A stretch of 64,000 nucleotides of DNA from Candidatus Omnitrophota bacterium (lineage in GTDB: Bacteria; Omnitrophota; Gorgyraeia; Duberdicusellales; 4484-171). The notes below the pieces were generated by a model. It had not been told where the DNA came from. It searched no databases and saw only the letters and a list, made by a program, of their open reading frames with translations. Of the stretch, positions 52,027 through 61,827 are shown piece by piece. Numbering within the stretch: the first letter of the stretch is position 1; every line of letters starts with the position of its first letter. A program made the position numbers and the translations under genes. The DNA lies in assembly GCA_043815185.1 (NCBI GenBank), contig JBDRJF010000001.1, positions 11,801-75,800 on the forward strand. The letters run 5' to 3'.

Positions 52027-52404
52027 TCAATAATTTACCTGTATATCTATTTGGTTAGAGTCTGGATGAGGGTTGCCCGCGGGGTTGCCGGGAGAAAAAA
52101 TTTGTATCGTAACGTCATAAGGAATATCCGCATCAACAACGGTAAGGGGAGGGGGACAATCATTACCGATATTATCATTAAGGCAATGATTCTTGCCGGC
52201 AGGATTTCCAGACCAAACACCTTTTCGCAATTGTTCTAAAACTAAAACCATTCCGGCCTGGGCAGAAAAAAAAGCTTTACTCCGCTTTATCTTATATTCA
52301 GCAATCCGTGCCTCATTAGCCATAAAGTAGAGGGCACCTAAGGCTAAGCCAAAAACCACCAACATAACCCCGATAATAACTACTAAAATTACTCCTTTTC
52401 TCAC
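52027..52404 (-). CDS. Pilin-like protein (PilX/GspK-type N-terminus)
   Basis: MRKG/VILVV class III-like signal without Glu5, hydrophobic helix, AFFSAQAG resembling the PilX AxxxAEAG motif. Confidence 0.6.
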   Translation of the reverse strand: MRKGVILVVIIGVMLVVFGLALGALYFMANEARIAEYKIKRSKAFFSAQAGMVLVLEQLRKGVWSGNPAGKNHCLNDNIGNDCPPPLTVVDADIPYDVTIQIFSPGNPAGNPHPDSNQIDIQVNY

Positions 52405-52613
52405 TCTTGCTCTTTTTTTCTTAAACTTATCTGGTATAGCGACTCTTCTTTCCTCACTAAAACATGTCCTTCTCGAGCCAGCCAGCCTAAACTCATCAGG
52501 ATCAAATCCCGGGATTTATCTATACCAGAGATTAGCTGCTCTAAGCTTACTTCTCCCTGCTTATCTAAAAAATTCCAAATCTCGCCAGCTATAATTCCTA
52601 TTTCAGTAATCAT
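52401..52613 (-). CDS. Small winged-helix protein (DUF2582-like)
   Basis: IGIIAGEIWNFL...LMSLGWLAREG pattern. Confidence 0.75.
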   Translation of the reverse strand: MITEIGIIAGEIWNFLDKQGEVSLEQLISGIDKSRDLILMSLGWLAREGHVLVRKEESLYQISLRKKEQE

Positions 52614-52831
52614 TTTTCCCGATTAATACTTTCACACAACGGACAACGCCAAAATTCAAAAAACATCGAAACAAAATGCACTGAGGCGCAAACTTCACAC
52701 TTTCGCTTCTCAAGCTGCATTTCCTTTTTTGCTAAGCTGTTGCTCCAATTTATTATATATTCTAAGAAAAAACCAAATAGTAACCATCCGCTTAAAAAAA
52801 TAGTAATAAATAATGACAATTCTATCTGCAC
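52610..52831 (-). CDS. Small membrane-anchored Zn-ribbon protein
   Basis: N-terminal TM helix, CEVC and CPLC; translationally coupled to both neighbours. Confidence 0.65.
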   Translation of the reverse strand: MQIELSLFITIFLSGWLLFGFFLEYIINWSNSLAKKEMQLEKRKCEVCASVHFVSMFFEFWRCPLCESINREK

Positions 52832-53389
52832 TTATTTTACTACCCCCTCTAATTTTGTCCAGAGGAATCTATTATCCAAGAAAAGGATTGCTTCTCGCAA
52901 ATATTTCTGTAAGTTCAGACTTCCGTAAGAATTAACCGGTAATTTCTCAGGATAGAGAAAAAGGACCTTGCCGTATGGCGAAATATAGGTCTTATAAGAG
53001 ACAACTTCTTCTTCCCAGGAAGAAAAGTTAGTCCGCCTCGGCCAAAGATAACAATATATCTCCCTATGGCTAATCCGGCCCGAAGAAGGGAGGGTTTTAG
53101 CCGGATCGGGCATAAAAGAACCTAAATTATATCCTTGCTCCGGCCAAGGGGAGGGATGGGAAGGAAAAAAATACTCTCTTCTCATATCGGGAGAAGAGAA
53201 CTTTATACCCTTAGGAAAAACAACCTTTTTCGTCCCTAGAAATAAATCTTTACGGCTGATAATATCAAACCAGCTATAGAAGGAAGGGTTTCCCTCTGCC
53301 TTTATGTAGAGGGTGCATGAAAAAATAGCTACCAGATGCAAAAACCCCGACAAAACTAAGGGGAAAAAAATAAACAACTTCTTTCGCAT
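52832..53389 (-). CDS. Hypothetical protein, possible divergent TonB/TolA-like energy transducer
   Basis: N-terminal TM with SGFLH (SxxxH), Pro-rich middle, directly after exbD. Confidence 0.5.
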   Translation of the reverse strand: MRKKLFIFFPLVLSGFLHLVAIFSCTLYIKAEGNPSFYSWFDIISRKDLFLGTKKVVFPKGIKFSSPDMRREYFFPSHPSPWPEQGYNLGSFMPDPAKTLPSSGRISHREIYCYLWPRRTNFSSWEEEVVSYKTYISPYGKVLFLYPEKLPVNSYGSLNLQKYLREAILFLDNRFLWTKLEGVVK

Positions 53390-53404
53390 CGAAAGAAATC
53401 CAGG

Positions 53405-53803
53405 TTACTCTTCGTAAGCAGTGGCGATACCGATCTTTTCTATCCCGAACCTCTTGCAAACATCCCATATTGTTACCACTACCCCCAGACTCGCATCTCG
53501 ATCGGCTTTTATAAAAATCGAACCGTACTTTTTGCTTTTTATAAGATCTTCAACCTCTTTAACGGTCTGAGGTTTACCATCAAGATAAATTATATCTTCA
53601 CTAGAAATAACTACTGTTAAAGACATCGTATCAACTTCTTCCGGCATTAAAGCTTTAGGGAGCTTAACATTAACTCCGGGAATAACTATAAAACTAGATG
53701 TAAGCATAAAAAAGATAAGCAGCAGGAAAAGACAATCAATCAAAGGAGCAATGTCTATCTGCCTCAGGCCCGCTTCTACTCGTGCACTTTTCCTAAACTT
53801 CAT
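53405..53803 (-). CDS. exbD: ExbD/TolR family protein
   Basis: IDIAPLIDCLFLLLIFFM with conserved TM Asp, VKLP, IKAD. Confidence 0.92.
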   Translation of the reverse strand: MKFRKSARVEAGLRQIDIAPLIDCLFLLLIFFMLTSSFIVIPGVNVKLPKALMPEEVDTMSLTVVISSEDIIYLDGKPQTVKEVEDLIKSKKYGSIFIKADRDASLGVVVTIWDVCKRFGIEKIGIATAYEE

Positions 53804-54425
53804 CGGTATATCTGCTTTTAGGGAGAAATTCTAAGAGCTCTGTAGCTGCCCGTTCCGCCTCCAGAGTAACTAAATTCACCTTGTGGACAAAATAATTATA
53901 CATAATATAACTGGGGATGGCTACGCACAAACCAGCTACAGTAGTAAGCAGAGCCTCCCATATCCCGCCAGCTAAATCAGCAGGATTAACCAATCCGATA
54001 TTTATTGTTTTCTGTTCAATAATATAAAAACATTTAACCAGCCCTACTACTGTACCCAAAAGCCCTAATAGCGGTGAAACGTGGGCAATAGTACTTAAAA
54101 AATTCAAGTTTCGCTCAAGCTTTGGTATTTCATATAAAGAAGTATTCTCCATTGCCTCTTTAATTACATCTTTAGCCTCCTCATAGTGGCTAAGACCTGA
54201 CTTTAAAATATTGGTTGCATAAAAACTGTTTTTCTCGCAAATGCCGATTGCCTCGGTAATTTTGTTTTTACGCACTAAATCTAATACCTGCGACAATATT
54301 AATAGGGAATTACTCTTAACACTAAGATAAAATAACAATCGCTCTATTATAATCGCCACTGCAAAAAATGAACATAAAAATATCGGTGCAATTAGCCAGC
54401 CGCTCTTAGAAATTAGCTCCCACAT
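53793..54425 (-). CDS. exbB: MotA/TolQ/ExbB proton channel protein
   Basis: SPLLGLLGTVVG, LAGGIWEALLTTVAGLCVAIP. Confidence 0.92.
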   Translation of the reverse strand: MWELISKSGWLIAPIFLCSFFAVAIIIERLLFYLSVKSNSLLILSQVLDLVRKNKITEAIGICEKNSFYATNILKSGLSHYEEAKDVIKEAMENTSLYEIPKLERNLNFLSTIAHVSPLLGLLGTVVGLVKCFYIIEQKTINIGLVNPADLAGGIWEALLTTVAGLCVAIPSYIMYNYFVHKVNLVTLEAERAATELLEFLPKSRYTDEV

Positions 54426-54443
54426 AATGCCTCCTTTTCTTTT

Positions 54444-56894
54444 TCAATATCTCGAACCATCCTCTAGTGTGTTTAACCTTGCCTCAGCTATCCTGCTTTC
54501 CTCCACTCCTAGGTCGATGATTTTTTGATAAATTTTCTTTGCTTCTTGATTATTCCCTATCTTCTCATAAATTCGAGCAATATGGAAGTATGCTTTAACA
54601 TTATACTGCTCAGAACCGTTAGGCTCTAATTGCTGCTCACCAGCCCCAGCATAAATCACTTTGAAATACTCCTCTATCGCCTCTTGCCTCTGATCAACCT
54701 TCTCCAGACACAACCCCAGGGTAAATCTTAACTCCGGATAATCTATGCCTTGCTCAATTGCCCGTTGAAAAATTAGTATTGCCGGACGATAATCCTTCAT
54801 CTCTTTTAGAAGAAATGCCTTATCCACCAGAGCAACCTTAGAAACTGGTAAATTCAAACCTATCAGCTCATCGTATAATTTCAGGGCTTCTTGGCTTGAG
54901 CCTTTCTGAACAAAAATCTTTGCTAAATAAAGCTTACCTTTTAAGGCTAGTGGCGTATCTCGTTTCGATAATCTTTCAAAATAGTCACCGGCTCTTTCTA
55001 GATTACCTCCGCTCCAATAAAGATGCCCTAAAGAAAGTAAGGCTTCTTGGGCCGAAGAAGTTTCTTTATAGTCACTGATAACTTTTTTATAGTATTTTTC
55101 AGCCTCAAAATAGTTTTTCTCCTTTTCATGCAAACCCCCCAAATATAGCGCTACTGAAGCTGCATACTGCGAGTTGGGATAGTGGGTGAGAAAATCTTCC
55201 CATACCTTTTTGGCTTTATCGAAGAAAGATAAGTTAAGGTAGGCGTTACCCATGTCAAGATAGGCCAACTCGGCGATCTCTTCGTCTTTAAATCTTCCGA
55301 TCAATCTTTCAAAAATCAAAAGAGCATCGTCATAATTTTCCTGGTTAAAAAGACACTTTCCATAAAGATAGTGGGCATTGGAAATCAATTCATTCTCGGG
55401 AAATTTGTCGATGAAATCGTTTAACAAATTCTTGGCTTCCGCATAATCACCACAGGAAAAATAACCCACAGCCAAATAATACTGAACTTGCGGAATTAGT
55501 TTCGAAGAAGAAAAGTTATTCTTAAGATTTTTTAGGGCTAAGAAGGCTTTCTCTAACTCCTTTTTCTTTAAAAAACACATTCCGATTTGAAATTGAATAT
55601 AGTCTGCATATACCGTATTAGGTTGATCTCTTAGAATACTATTGTAAATATTTAAAGCTTCATCGAATTTGTCGATTTCTTGATAAGCATCGGCAATTTG
55701 AATCTGGGAGCTTGCCTCTACAACCGGATTATTGGCATATTTTAAGGTACTCTTGAACTCAGCGATTGCTTCTTTGAATTTACCATTCTTTAAATAACAC
55801 CAGGCTAAACCGTAATGGGCCTTGTTAAGGCTATTGGCATGCTGGGGAACTTTAAAATTGCCTAGTATATATTTATAAACCGAAATAGAGTCATTCAACC
55901 TCCCCATTTCATAAAGAGTATCCGCTTTATTTGAATAGGAATCGATTAAAGACTCAGACTTAGGGTAATCTCTTATAAAAATATTGAATGTCTCAAGAGC
56001 CTGGATATAGTCATGGGTCTTAAAATAATAAACTCCTTGAGAGAAAAGACGCAATTCCTTATCTTTTATTTTATCAATGTTATTCTTGGCCTCAATCTTA
56101 TTCCCCTTCTCAATATAAGTAAATCCTATTCCTTGATAAATTAAATCTTGAAGCTCTAAGTCAGGGATATCCCCTAAAGCGCTCCGATAATTCTTTAAAG
56201 CTTTATTCCACTCGTCGGTAACATAATAGGCTTCTCCTAAATAAAAATACACCTTTGCCTTGAGGTTTCCCTGAGGGAACTCGCTTATATACTTCTCAGC
56301 CAAAGATATAATCTGAGGATATTCCTTCTTTTGCAAATAAAGGTTTAAAGCTTGAGAATATGCATTGCTGAGCACCTCTTCCTGCGGGCACTCCGCTATT
56401 ATCCTATTAAATACTTCTTGGGCTTGATTTTTATTCCCAAGCTCTAACTTACAGATGGCTTGTAAATATTGAGCCTCCCAGATGAATCGCGATTTGGGGT
56501 AACTTTCGAGAATCTTATATGCGTAGCTCAAGGCTCCATCAAAATCCCTTCCTTTGAAATAAATGACACTTAACCAATAGTAAGTTTCACTAAGAACATC
56601 ATCGCTGGGCTTACCTCGCTCAACTTCAGTAAGGGTAGATAGAGCTTTTGAGTAATCCTCTTTGTAGTGATAACACTTTGCGATATAAAGTTTGGCTTCA
56701 TAAATTAAAGAGCTTTCCGGAAAATCAGTAATAAATCTTTTAAAAAGCGATAGCGAAGCATCGTAAAAGCTATCCGAGAAAGCTTTACCCGCAATATGGA
56801 ACCTCTCTTCTTCTCCGTCATAAGAAAAACCCCAAGACACGGTAAATATCAGCAAGGCCAGAACCAAAGTAAAAGTTTTTAAACTTATCCGCAT
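54444..56894 (-). CDS. Exported tetratricopeptide-repeat protein (CpoB/BamD-like repeats)
   Basis: Signal peptide followed by many TPR units ending in I/F-xx-(F/Y)P-xS. Confidence 0.88.
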   Translation of the reverse strand: MRISLKTFTLVLALLIFTVSWGFSYDGEEERFHIAGKAFSDSFYDASLSLFKRFITDFPESSLIYEAKLYIAKCYHYKEDYSKALSTLTEVERGKPSDDVLSETYYWLSVIYFKGRDFDGALSYAYKILESYPKSRFIWEAQYLQAICKLELGNKNQAQEVFNRIIAECPQEEVLSNAYSQALNLYLQKKEYPQIISLAEKYISEFPQGNLKAKVYFYLGEAYYVTDEWNKALKNYRSALGDIPDLELQDLIYQGIGFTYIEKGNKIEAKNNIDKIKDKELRLFSQGVYYFKTHDYIQALETFNIFIRDYPKSESLIDSYSNKADTLYEMGRLNDSISVYKYILGNFKVPQHANSLNKAHYGLAWCYLKNGKFKEAIAEFKSTLKYANNPVVEASSQIQIADAYQEIDKFDEALNIYNSILRDQPNTVYADYIQFQIGMCFLKKKELEKAFLALKNLKNNFSSSKLIPQVQYYLAVGYFSCGDYAEAKNLLNDFIDKFPENELISNAHYLYGKCLFNQENYDDALLIFERLIGRFKDEEIAELAYLDMGNAYLNLSFFDKAKKVWEDFLTHYPNSQYAASVALYLGGLHEKEKNYFEAEKYYKKVISDYKETSSAQEALLSLGHLYWSGGNLERAGDYFERLSKRDTPLALKGKLYLAKIFVQKGSSQEALKLYDELIGLNLPVSKVALVDKAFLLKEMKDYRPAILIFQRAIEQGIDYPELRFTLGLCLEKVDQRQEAIEEYFKVIYAGAGEQQLEPNGSEQYNVKAYFHIARIYEKIGNNQEAKKIYQKIIDLGVEESRIAEARLNTLEDGSRY

Positions 56895-56905
56895 ATTATA
56901 GATTG

Positions 56906-59695
56906 TTAGCTAAGTTTGTTCCTCAGGAACTGGCCGGTATAGGAAGTTGGACAATCAGCCACCTCCTCCGGCGTTCCGCTCACGACAACATCTCCTCCAG
57001 CGTCTCCGCCTTCTGGACCTAAATCGATAATGTAATCGGCACATTTTATCACATCTAAATTGTGCTCAATAATTAAAATTGTATTTTTTTTATCTACTAA
57101 TCGGTGCAACACCGATAAGAGCTTCTTTATGTCATCAAAATGTAAGCCGGTTGTGGGTTCATCCAGAATATAAATAGTTTTCCCGGTTGCTTTTTTTCGT
57201 AATTGCGAAGCGAGCTTAATTCTTTGAGCCTCCCCACCAGAAAGTGTAGTGGCGGATTGACCCAAGCCGATATAGCCCAACCCTACATCTTTCAAAGTTT
57301 GCAAAATATTTTTTATCCGGGGAAAATTCACAAATAATTCATAAGCTTTATCCACGTTCAGTTCTAAAACATCAGCGATACTTTTTCCTTTAAATTTTAT
57401 CTCTAAGGTCTGTTTGTTAAAACGTTTACCGGAACACTTTTCGCAGGGTACATAGACATCGGGTAAAAAATGCATCTCAATCTTTTTGGTTCCCTCACCC
57501 CTGCACTCCTGACATCGGCCTCCAGACAGATTAAAGCTAAACCGGGCCGGTTTATATCCTCGCATTCTTGCATCCGGTAAATCCTGAAAAACATCCCTGA
57601 TATAACTAAATACTCCGGTATAGGTTGCCGGATTAGACCGGGGAGTCCGGCCAATCGGGGACTGATCTACGATAATCACCTTATCAATATTTTCTAAACC
57701 CTCAATTTTTTTAAACCTACCCGGCTTCTCTCGTGAATTATATAGCTCTTTGGCTAAAGCTCGATAAAGAATGTCTTCTACTAAAGTTGATTTACCTGAA
57801 CCAGAAACTCCAGTAATACAAACAAAGGTTTCTAAAGGGATCTTTATATTTATGTTTTTTAAATTATGCTCGCAAGCACCAAATATATCTAAGGTTGGCC
57901 TACCTTTATAGTGCCTTCTCGCTAAAGGCTTAGCTATAAACAGATCCCTTCGTAAATATCTGGCAGTGAGGGTATCTTGAGTAAGTAACTTATCCTTTGG
58001 GCCCGAATAAACAATCCTTCCGCCTTTTATCCCTGCTCCCGGTCCTAAATCAACTACCCAATCACTGGCCTGAATCATCTGTTCATCGTGCTCGACGACG
58101 ATTATTGTATTGCCCAAATTTTTCAACTTTTTCAGAGTATTAATCAACTTGGCATCGTCCCGCGAATGTAAACCAATAGTTGGCTCATCAAGAATATAAA
58201 TCACCCCGGATAACGATGAGCCCACCTGGGTAGCTAATTTTATTCTTTGCACTTCTCCACCGGACAAAGTAGAACTTAACCGGTCTAAAGAAAGATATGA
58301 TAATCCTACATCAATGCAAAAACTAAGCCGCTGCTTTATCTCCTTGGTAATTAAAGTAGCAATTTTTTCTTCAGAATCCGATAGTTTTAGCGAAGTGAAG
58401 AACTCAAAGCATTTCTCGATACTCATTCTTACTATATCCCATATCGATTGAGTACCAACATAGACACTTAGGGCTTCTTTACTCAAACGTTGGCCTGAAC
58501 ATCCGGGGCAGGATAACTTTGACATATATTTAGCAATCTCTGTTTTTCGGTAATGGCTATCGGTAGTATTAAACAATCTCTCTAAATTGGGAATAACTCC
58601 TTCAAAAGGCTTATCCCAAACATAAGTATCTTCGTCGCCATAAAGAATCTTTTCACTCATTTTCTTTGGCAGGCGATTAAAGGGGGTATCTAATGATATT
58701 TTTAATCCTTTAGCCAACTCTCGCAGGAGCGCTTGATAATACATAATATACCCCCGGCTGCCCCTTCGCCAAGCTGCAATAGCTCCCTCTCTTAGGGTTT
58801 TCTTGGGCTCGGGTATGATCAAATCAAGATCAAACTCTAACTTTATGCCCAAACCCTTACAATCCGGACAGGCTCCGTAGGGAGAATTAAAAGAAAACGT
58901 TCTTGGTTCCATCTCACCTAAAGATATTCCGCAAGCACTGCAACTTAATTGGGTATTAAATAAGCTCTCTTGAGAATTAGTATCATCATAAATCAAACAA
59001 AACCCGCCGGAATATTTTAGGGCTGTCTCCAAAGAATCAGCAATCCTCTCCTTGTAATCACCAGATACTTTAATCCGATCTACAACGATTTCAATAGTAT
59101 GCAACTTGTACCGGTCAAGCTTTATCCTTTCGCTTAATTCATAAATTTTTCCGTCAACTCGCACTCGTACAAAACCCTCCTTAAGCAGCCGCGTAAACAG
59201 AGCTTGGTATTGTCCTTTTTTACCCCTGACAATGGAAGAAAGGATAAAAATCTTATGCTTCTCAGGAAGCTTAAGAACCCGATCAATTATCTCTTGAGTT
59301 GTCTGTTTGGTAATCGGCCTAAGGCACCGGGGACAATGAGGCTTGCCAATCCGGGCAAAAAGTAACCGCAAATAATCATAGATTTCGGTTTGAGTAGCCA
59401 CAATAGAACGAGGCGAACCGCCAGCACTCCTCTGTTCGATAGCAATTGCCGGAGAAAGCCCTTCAATATGTTCTATATCCGGTTTCTGAAGCTGCTCCAA
59501 AAACTGACGGGCATAACTAGACAGGCTCTCAACATAGCGGCGCTGGCCTTCAGCATAAATAGTATCAAAGGCTAAAGATGACTTACCCGAACCCGATAAA
59601 CCGGTAACTACTACCAGCTTATTTTTAGGTATCTTAAGATTAACGTTCTTTAGGTTATGCTCACGGGCACCCTTTATAACTATATAGTTATCCAT
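56906..59695 (-). CDS. uvrA: Excinuclease ABC subunit A
   Basis: [27 protein letters not shown] twice, GVSGSGKST, Zn fingers. Confidence 0.99.
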   Translation of the reverse strand: MDNYIVIKGAREHNLKNVNLKIPKNKLVVVTGLSGSGKSSLAFDTIYAEGQRRYVESLSSYARQFLEQLQKPDIEHIEGLSPAIAIEQRSAGGSPRSIVATQTEIYDYLRLLFARIGKPHCPRCLRPITKQTTQEIIDRVLKLPEKHKIFILSSIVRGKKGQYQALFTRLLKEGFVRVRVDGKIYELSERIKLDRYKLHTIEIVVDRIKVSGDYKERIADSLETALKYSGGFCLIYDDTNSQESLFNTQLSCSACGISLGEMEPRTFSFNSPYGACPDCKGLGIKLEFDLDLIIPEPKKTLREGAIAAWRRGSRGYIMYYQALLRELAKGLKISLDTPFNRLPKKMSEKILYGDEDTYVWDKPFEGVIPNLERLFNTTDSHYRKTEIAKYMSKLSCPGCSGQRLSKEALSVYVGTQSIWDIVRMSIEKCFEFFTSLKLSDSEEKIATLITKEIKQRLSFCIDVGLSYLSLDRLSSTLSGGEVQRIKLATQVGSSLSGVIYILDEPTIGLHSRDDAKLINTLKKLKNLGNTIIVVEHDEQMIQASDWVVDLGPGAGIKGGRIVYSGPKDKLLTQDTLTARYLRRDLFIAKPLARRHYKGRPTLDIFGACEHNLKNINIKIPLETFVCITGVSGSGKSTLVEDILYRALAKELYNSREKPGRFKKIEGLENIDKVIIVDQSPIGRTPRSNPATYTGVFSYIRDVFQDLPDARMRGYKPARFSFNLSGGRCQECRGEGTKKIEMHFLPDVYVPCEKCSGKRFNKQTLEIKFKGKSIADVLELNVDKAYELFVNFPRIKNILQTLKDVGLGYIGLGQSATTLSGGEAQRIKLASQLRKKATGKTIYILDEPTTGLHFDDIKKLLSVLHRLVDKKNTILIIEHNLDVIKCADYIIDLGPEGGDAGGDVVVSGTPEEVADCPTSYTGQFLRNKLS

Positions 59696-59719
59696 ACCAG
59701 AGGGAAAAAAATAAAAGTG

Positions 59720-60538
59720 CTAGCTTCCGATTTTTAAAGAAGAAAATATTTTCTTTAGTAATTGCTGGGTGGAAAGAATAGCTAAAGCACTTGTTTTCGG
59801 GTTTGATTTCGAAGGGATATTCTCTACTTTAATGTTTAATTTGGCTTCCTCAGAATCTACGGCTATGTGATGGACATTCCGCTTTAGTCTTGGATCGGCT
59901 TTGATGCAGACCTCTACCCTTTTAAAGGCTGAAGCCAAAGATATAACCGCGGCAACATTTATATTTTGCGGAAAGTGTCGTATTGCCTCTTTCACCCCAC
60001 CCCTAAATACAACCTTTTCTTTCTTTAAACCTGTTAAATCTATTCTCTTCTTCTTCAAATAATCTGCACCGATAAGCCCTAGCGGTGGCTTAGATGTGGT
60101 CAAAGACACTTTCTTGATCTTACCCATACTTAAAGCACCTAGGCCATCTACCCCTGAAATTGCTCCTGAAGAGACATAGATATTGATCTTCGCCCGCGCG
60201 GCTTCTTTAAGCAGAGAAGCTTTGTCAATAAGGGCACCTACGCTAAGAATAATTAAATCCTTGCGATAGATGATTACCTTTTTCAGAAGAAAACCGGCTG
60301 CTGAAGCTGAGGCAGTCTCAATCACTAAATCCACCTTTTTAACTAAGGTAATAGTGTCATATATTTTGGGTGCAGATTGCAATTTCTTTTGCAGCCTCTT
60401 AGCTGCTAATATATCTTTATCAGCCAAAGCATAGACAACTGCTGAAGACTTTAAGTTCTTATCAATATACGCAGCAACCCCCCCTCCGATTGCCCCGCAA
60501 CCAACTATTCCAATCTTTACTCTCTTAACCTTTGACAT
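59720..60538 (-). CDS. nadX: L-aspartate dehydrogenase
   Basis: GCGAIG, SVGAL, SGAI, KPP, FPQNINVA, NVH, NPKTS. Confidence 0.9.
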   Translation of the reverse strand: MSKVKRVKIGIVGCGAIGGGVAAYIDKNLKSSAVVYALADKDILAAKRLQKKLQSAPKIYDTITLVKKVDLVIETASASAAGFLLKKVIIYRKDLIILSVGALIDKASLLKEAARAKINIYVSSGAISGVDGLGALSMGKIKKVSLTTSKPPLGLIGADYLKKKRIDLTGLKKEKVVFRGGVKEAIRHFPQNINVAAVISLASAFKRVEVCIKADPRLKRNVHHIAVDSEEAKLNIKVENIPSKSNPKTSALAILSTQQLLKKIFSSLKIGS

Positions 60539-61376
60539 TTAAAATAATATTGTCGATTAAACGCACTTTTTTAATATAAACTGCTAAAGCAATTAATACT
60601 TTACCTCTTATTCTAGTAAGCCGCTTAAGGTTATCGGCATCTACTATCGCAATATAATTTATTTTAGCTAACTTCTTAGATTTGACAACCTGTTTCATTT
60701 GATCAATTACCTTTTGGCTATTCCTACAACCTTCGCGGATGAGCTTCCTTGCTAAAGATAAAGCTTCGTAGAGACAGCCGCAGTCATCTCGGTCATAACT
60801 ATCTAGACAGACATTCCGCGAACTCATCGCTAAACCATCCTCCTCCCTTATTATCGGAGAAACCCTTAATCTAAGCGAAAAATTAAGATCATCGATTAAT
60901 CGCTTTACAATCCGAGTTTGCTGATAATCCTTTTGACCAAAATAAACAATATCCGGCTCAATAATATTAAATAATTTGGTAAGAATAGTAACAACACCCC
61001 GGAAATGTCCGGGACGCGGCCTGCCGCATAATAGTTTACTTAAACTGCCCTCGTCAACATAAACAGAGACCCCTGAAGGATAAATATTGTTCACATTGGG
61101 AGAAAATAATAAGTCTACTCCTTCTTTCTCAAGAAGCCTTTTATCTTGAGAGAGGTTTCGCGGATAGCGACAATAGTCTTCTTTTGGCCCAAATTGAGTA
61201 GGATTTACAAAAATGCTTACCACCAAGAAATCGCACTCTTCCCTGGCTCTTTTGACTAAAGAAAGATGCCCTTTATGTAAAGCTCCCATAGTAGGAACAA
61301 AACCTATTAGTTCACCCTTCTGCTGATGTCTTCGAGATGCTTCTCTTACTCTTTTAATGCTTCCGCTAGTAATCAT
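60525..61376 (-). CDS. panC: Pantoate-beta-alanine ligase
   Basis: FVPTMGALHKGH, SIFVNPTQF, RPGHFRGV, FGQKDYQQ, GLAMSSRN. Confidence 0.97.
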   Translation of the reverse strand: MITSGSIKRVREASRRHQQKGELIGFVPTMGALHKGHLSLVKRAREECDFLVVSIFVNPTQFGPKEDYCRYPRNLSQDKRLLEKEGVDLLFSPNVNNIYPSGVSVYVDEGSLSKLLCGRPRPGHFRGVVTILTKLFNIIEPDIVYFGQKDYQQTRIVKRLIDDLNFSLRLRVSPIIREEDGLAMSSRNVCLDSYDRDDCGCLYEALSLARKLIREGCRNSQKVIDQMKQVVKSKKLAKINYIAIVDADNLKRLTRIRGKVLIALAVYIKKVRLIDNIILNVKG

Positions 61377-61822
61377 CTACAGTCATACTTACTTTGTAAC
61401 CCTTCTATTGTCTTAATAAGCTTAGGTTCGATTTCTAAAAGCGGCCCGATTACAAAGGCCCGTTCGAGCATCCGGGGATGAGGAACTTTAAGATCAGGCT
61501 CATCTATCTCTTCCTCCCCGTAGAGAAGGATATCTAAATCAATTGTTCGGGGCGCATTTTTAAATGGGCGCTTTCTCCCCAGGTGCCCCTCAATAACTTG
61601 TAATTGCTGTAATAATTCCCGGGCTCCTAAATTGGTTTTTATCTTCAAAACTGCGTTTAAATACTTCTTTTGGCCCGGGGCAGCATCAGGTTCAGTTTCA
61701 ATTATCGATGACACTCTCTCAACCAGAATCTCCGGGGCATCCTTTAAATTATCAATCGCTTGGTTAATATAATCAATTCTGTCGCCAAGATTGGAACCGG
61801 CGCCTATAAAGACAGTTACCAT
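61373..61822 (-). CDS. folK: 2-amino-4-hydroxy-6-hydroxymethyldihydropteridine pyrophosphokinase
   Basis: GSNLGD, YLNAV, PRTIDLDIL, PHPRMLERAFV. Confidence 0.97.
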   Translation of the reverse strand: MVTVFIGAGSNLGDRIDYINQAIDNLKDAPEILVERVSSIIETEPDAAPGQKKYLNAVLKIKTNLGARELLQQLQVIEGHLGRKRPFKNAPRTIDLDILLYGEEEIDEPDLKVPHPRMLERAFVIGPLLEIEPKLIKTIEGLQSKYDCR

Positions 61823-61827
61823 ATTTA

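Noticed and set aside
59696-59719. SOS box upstream of uvrA
   Set aside because: The 24-nt spacer contains no palindrome or known LexA motif.
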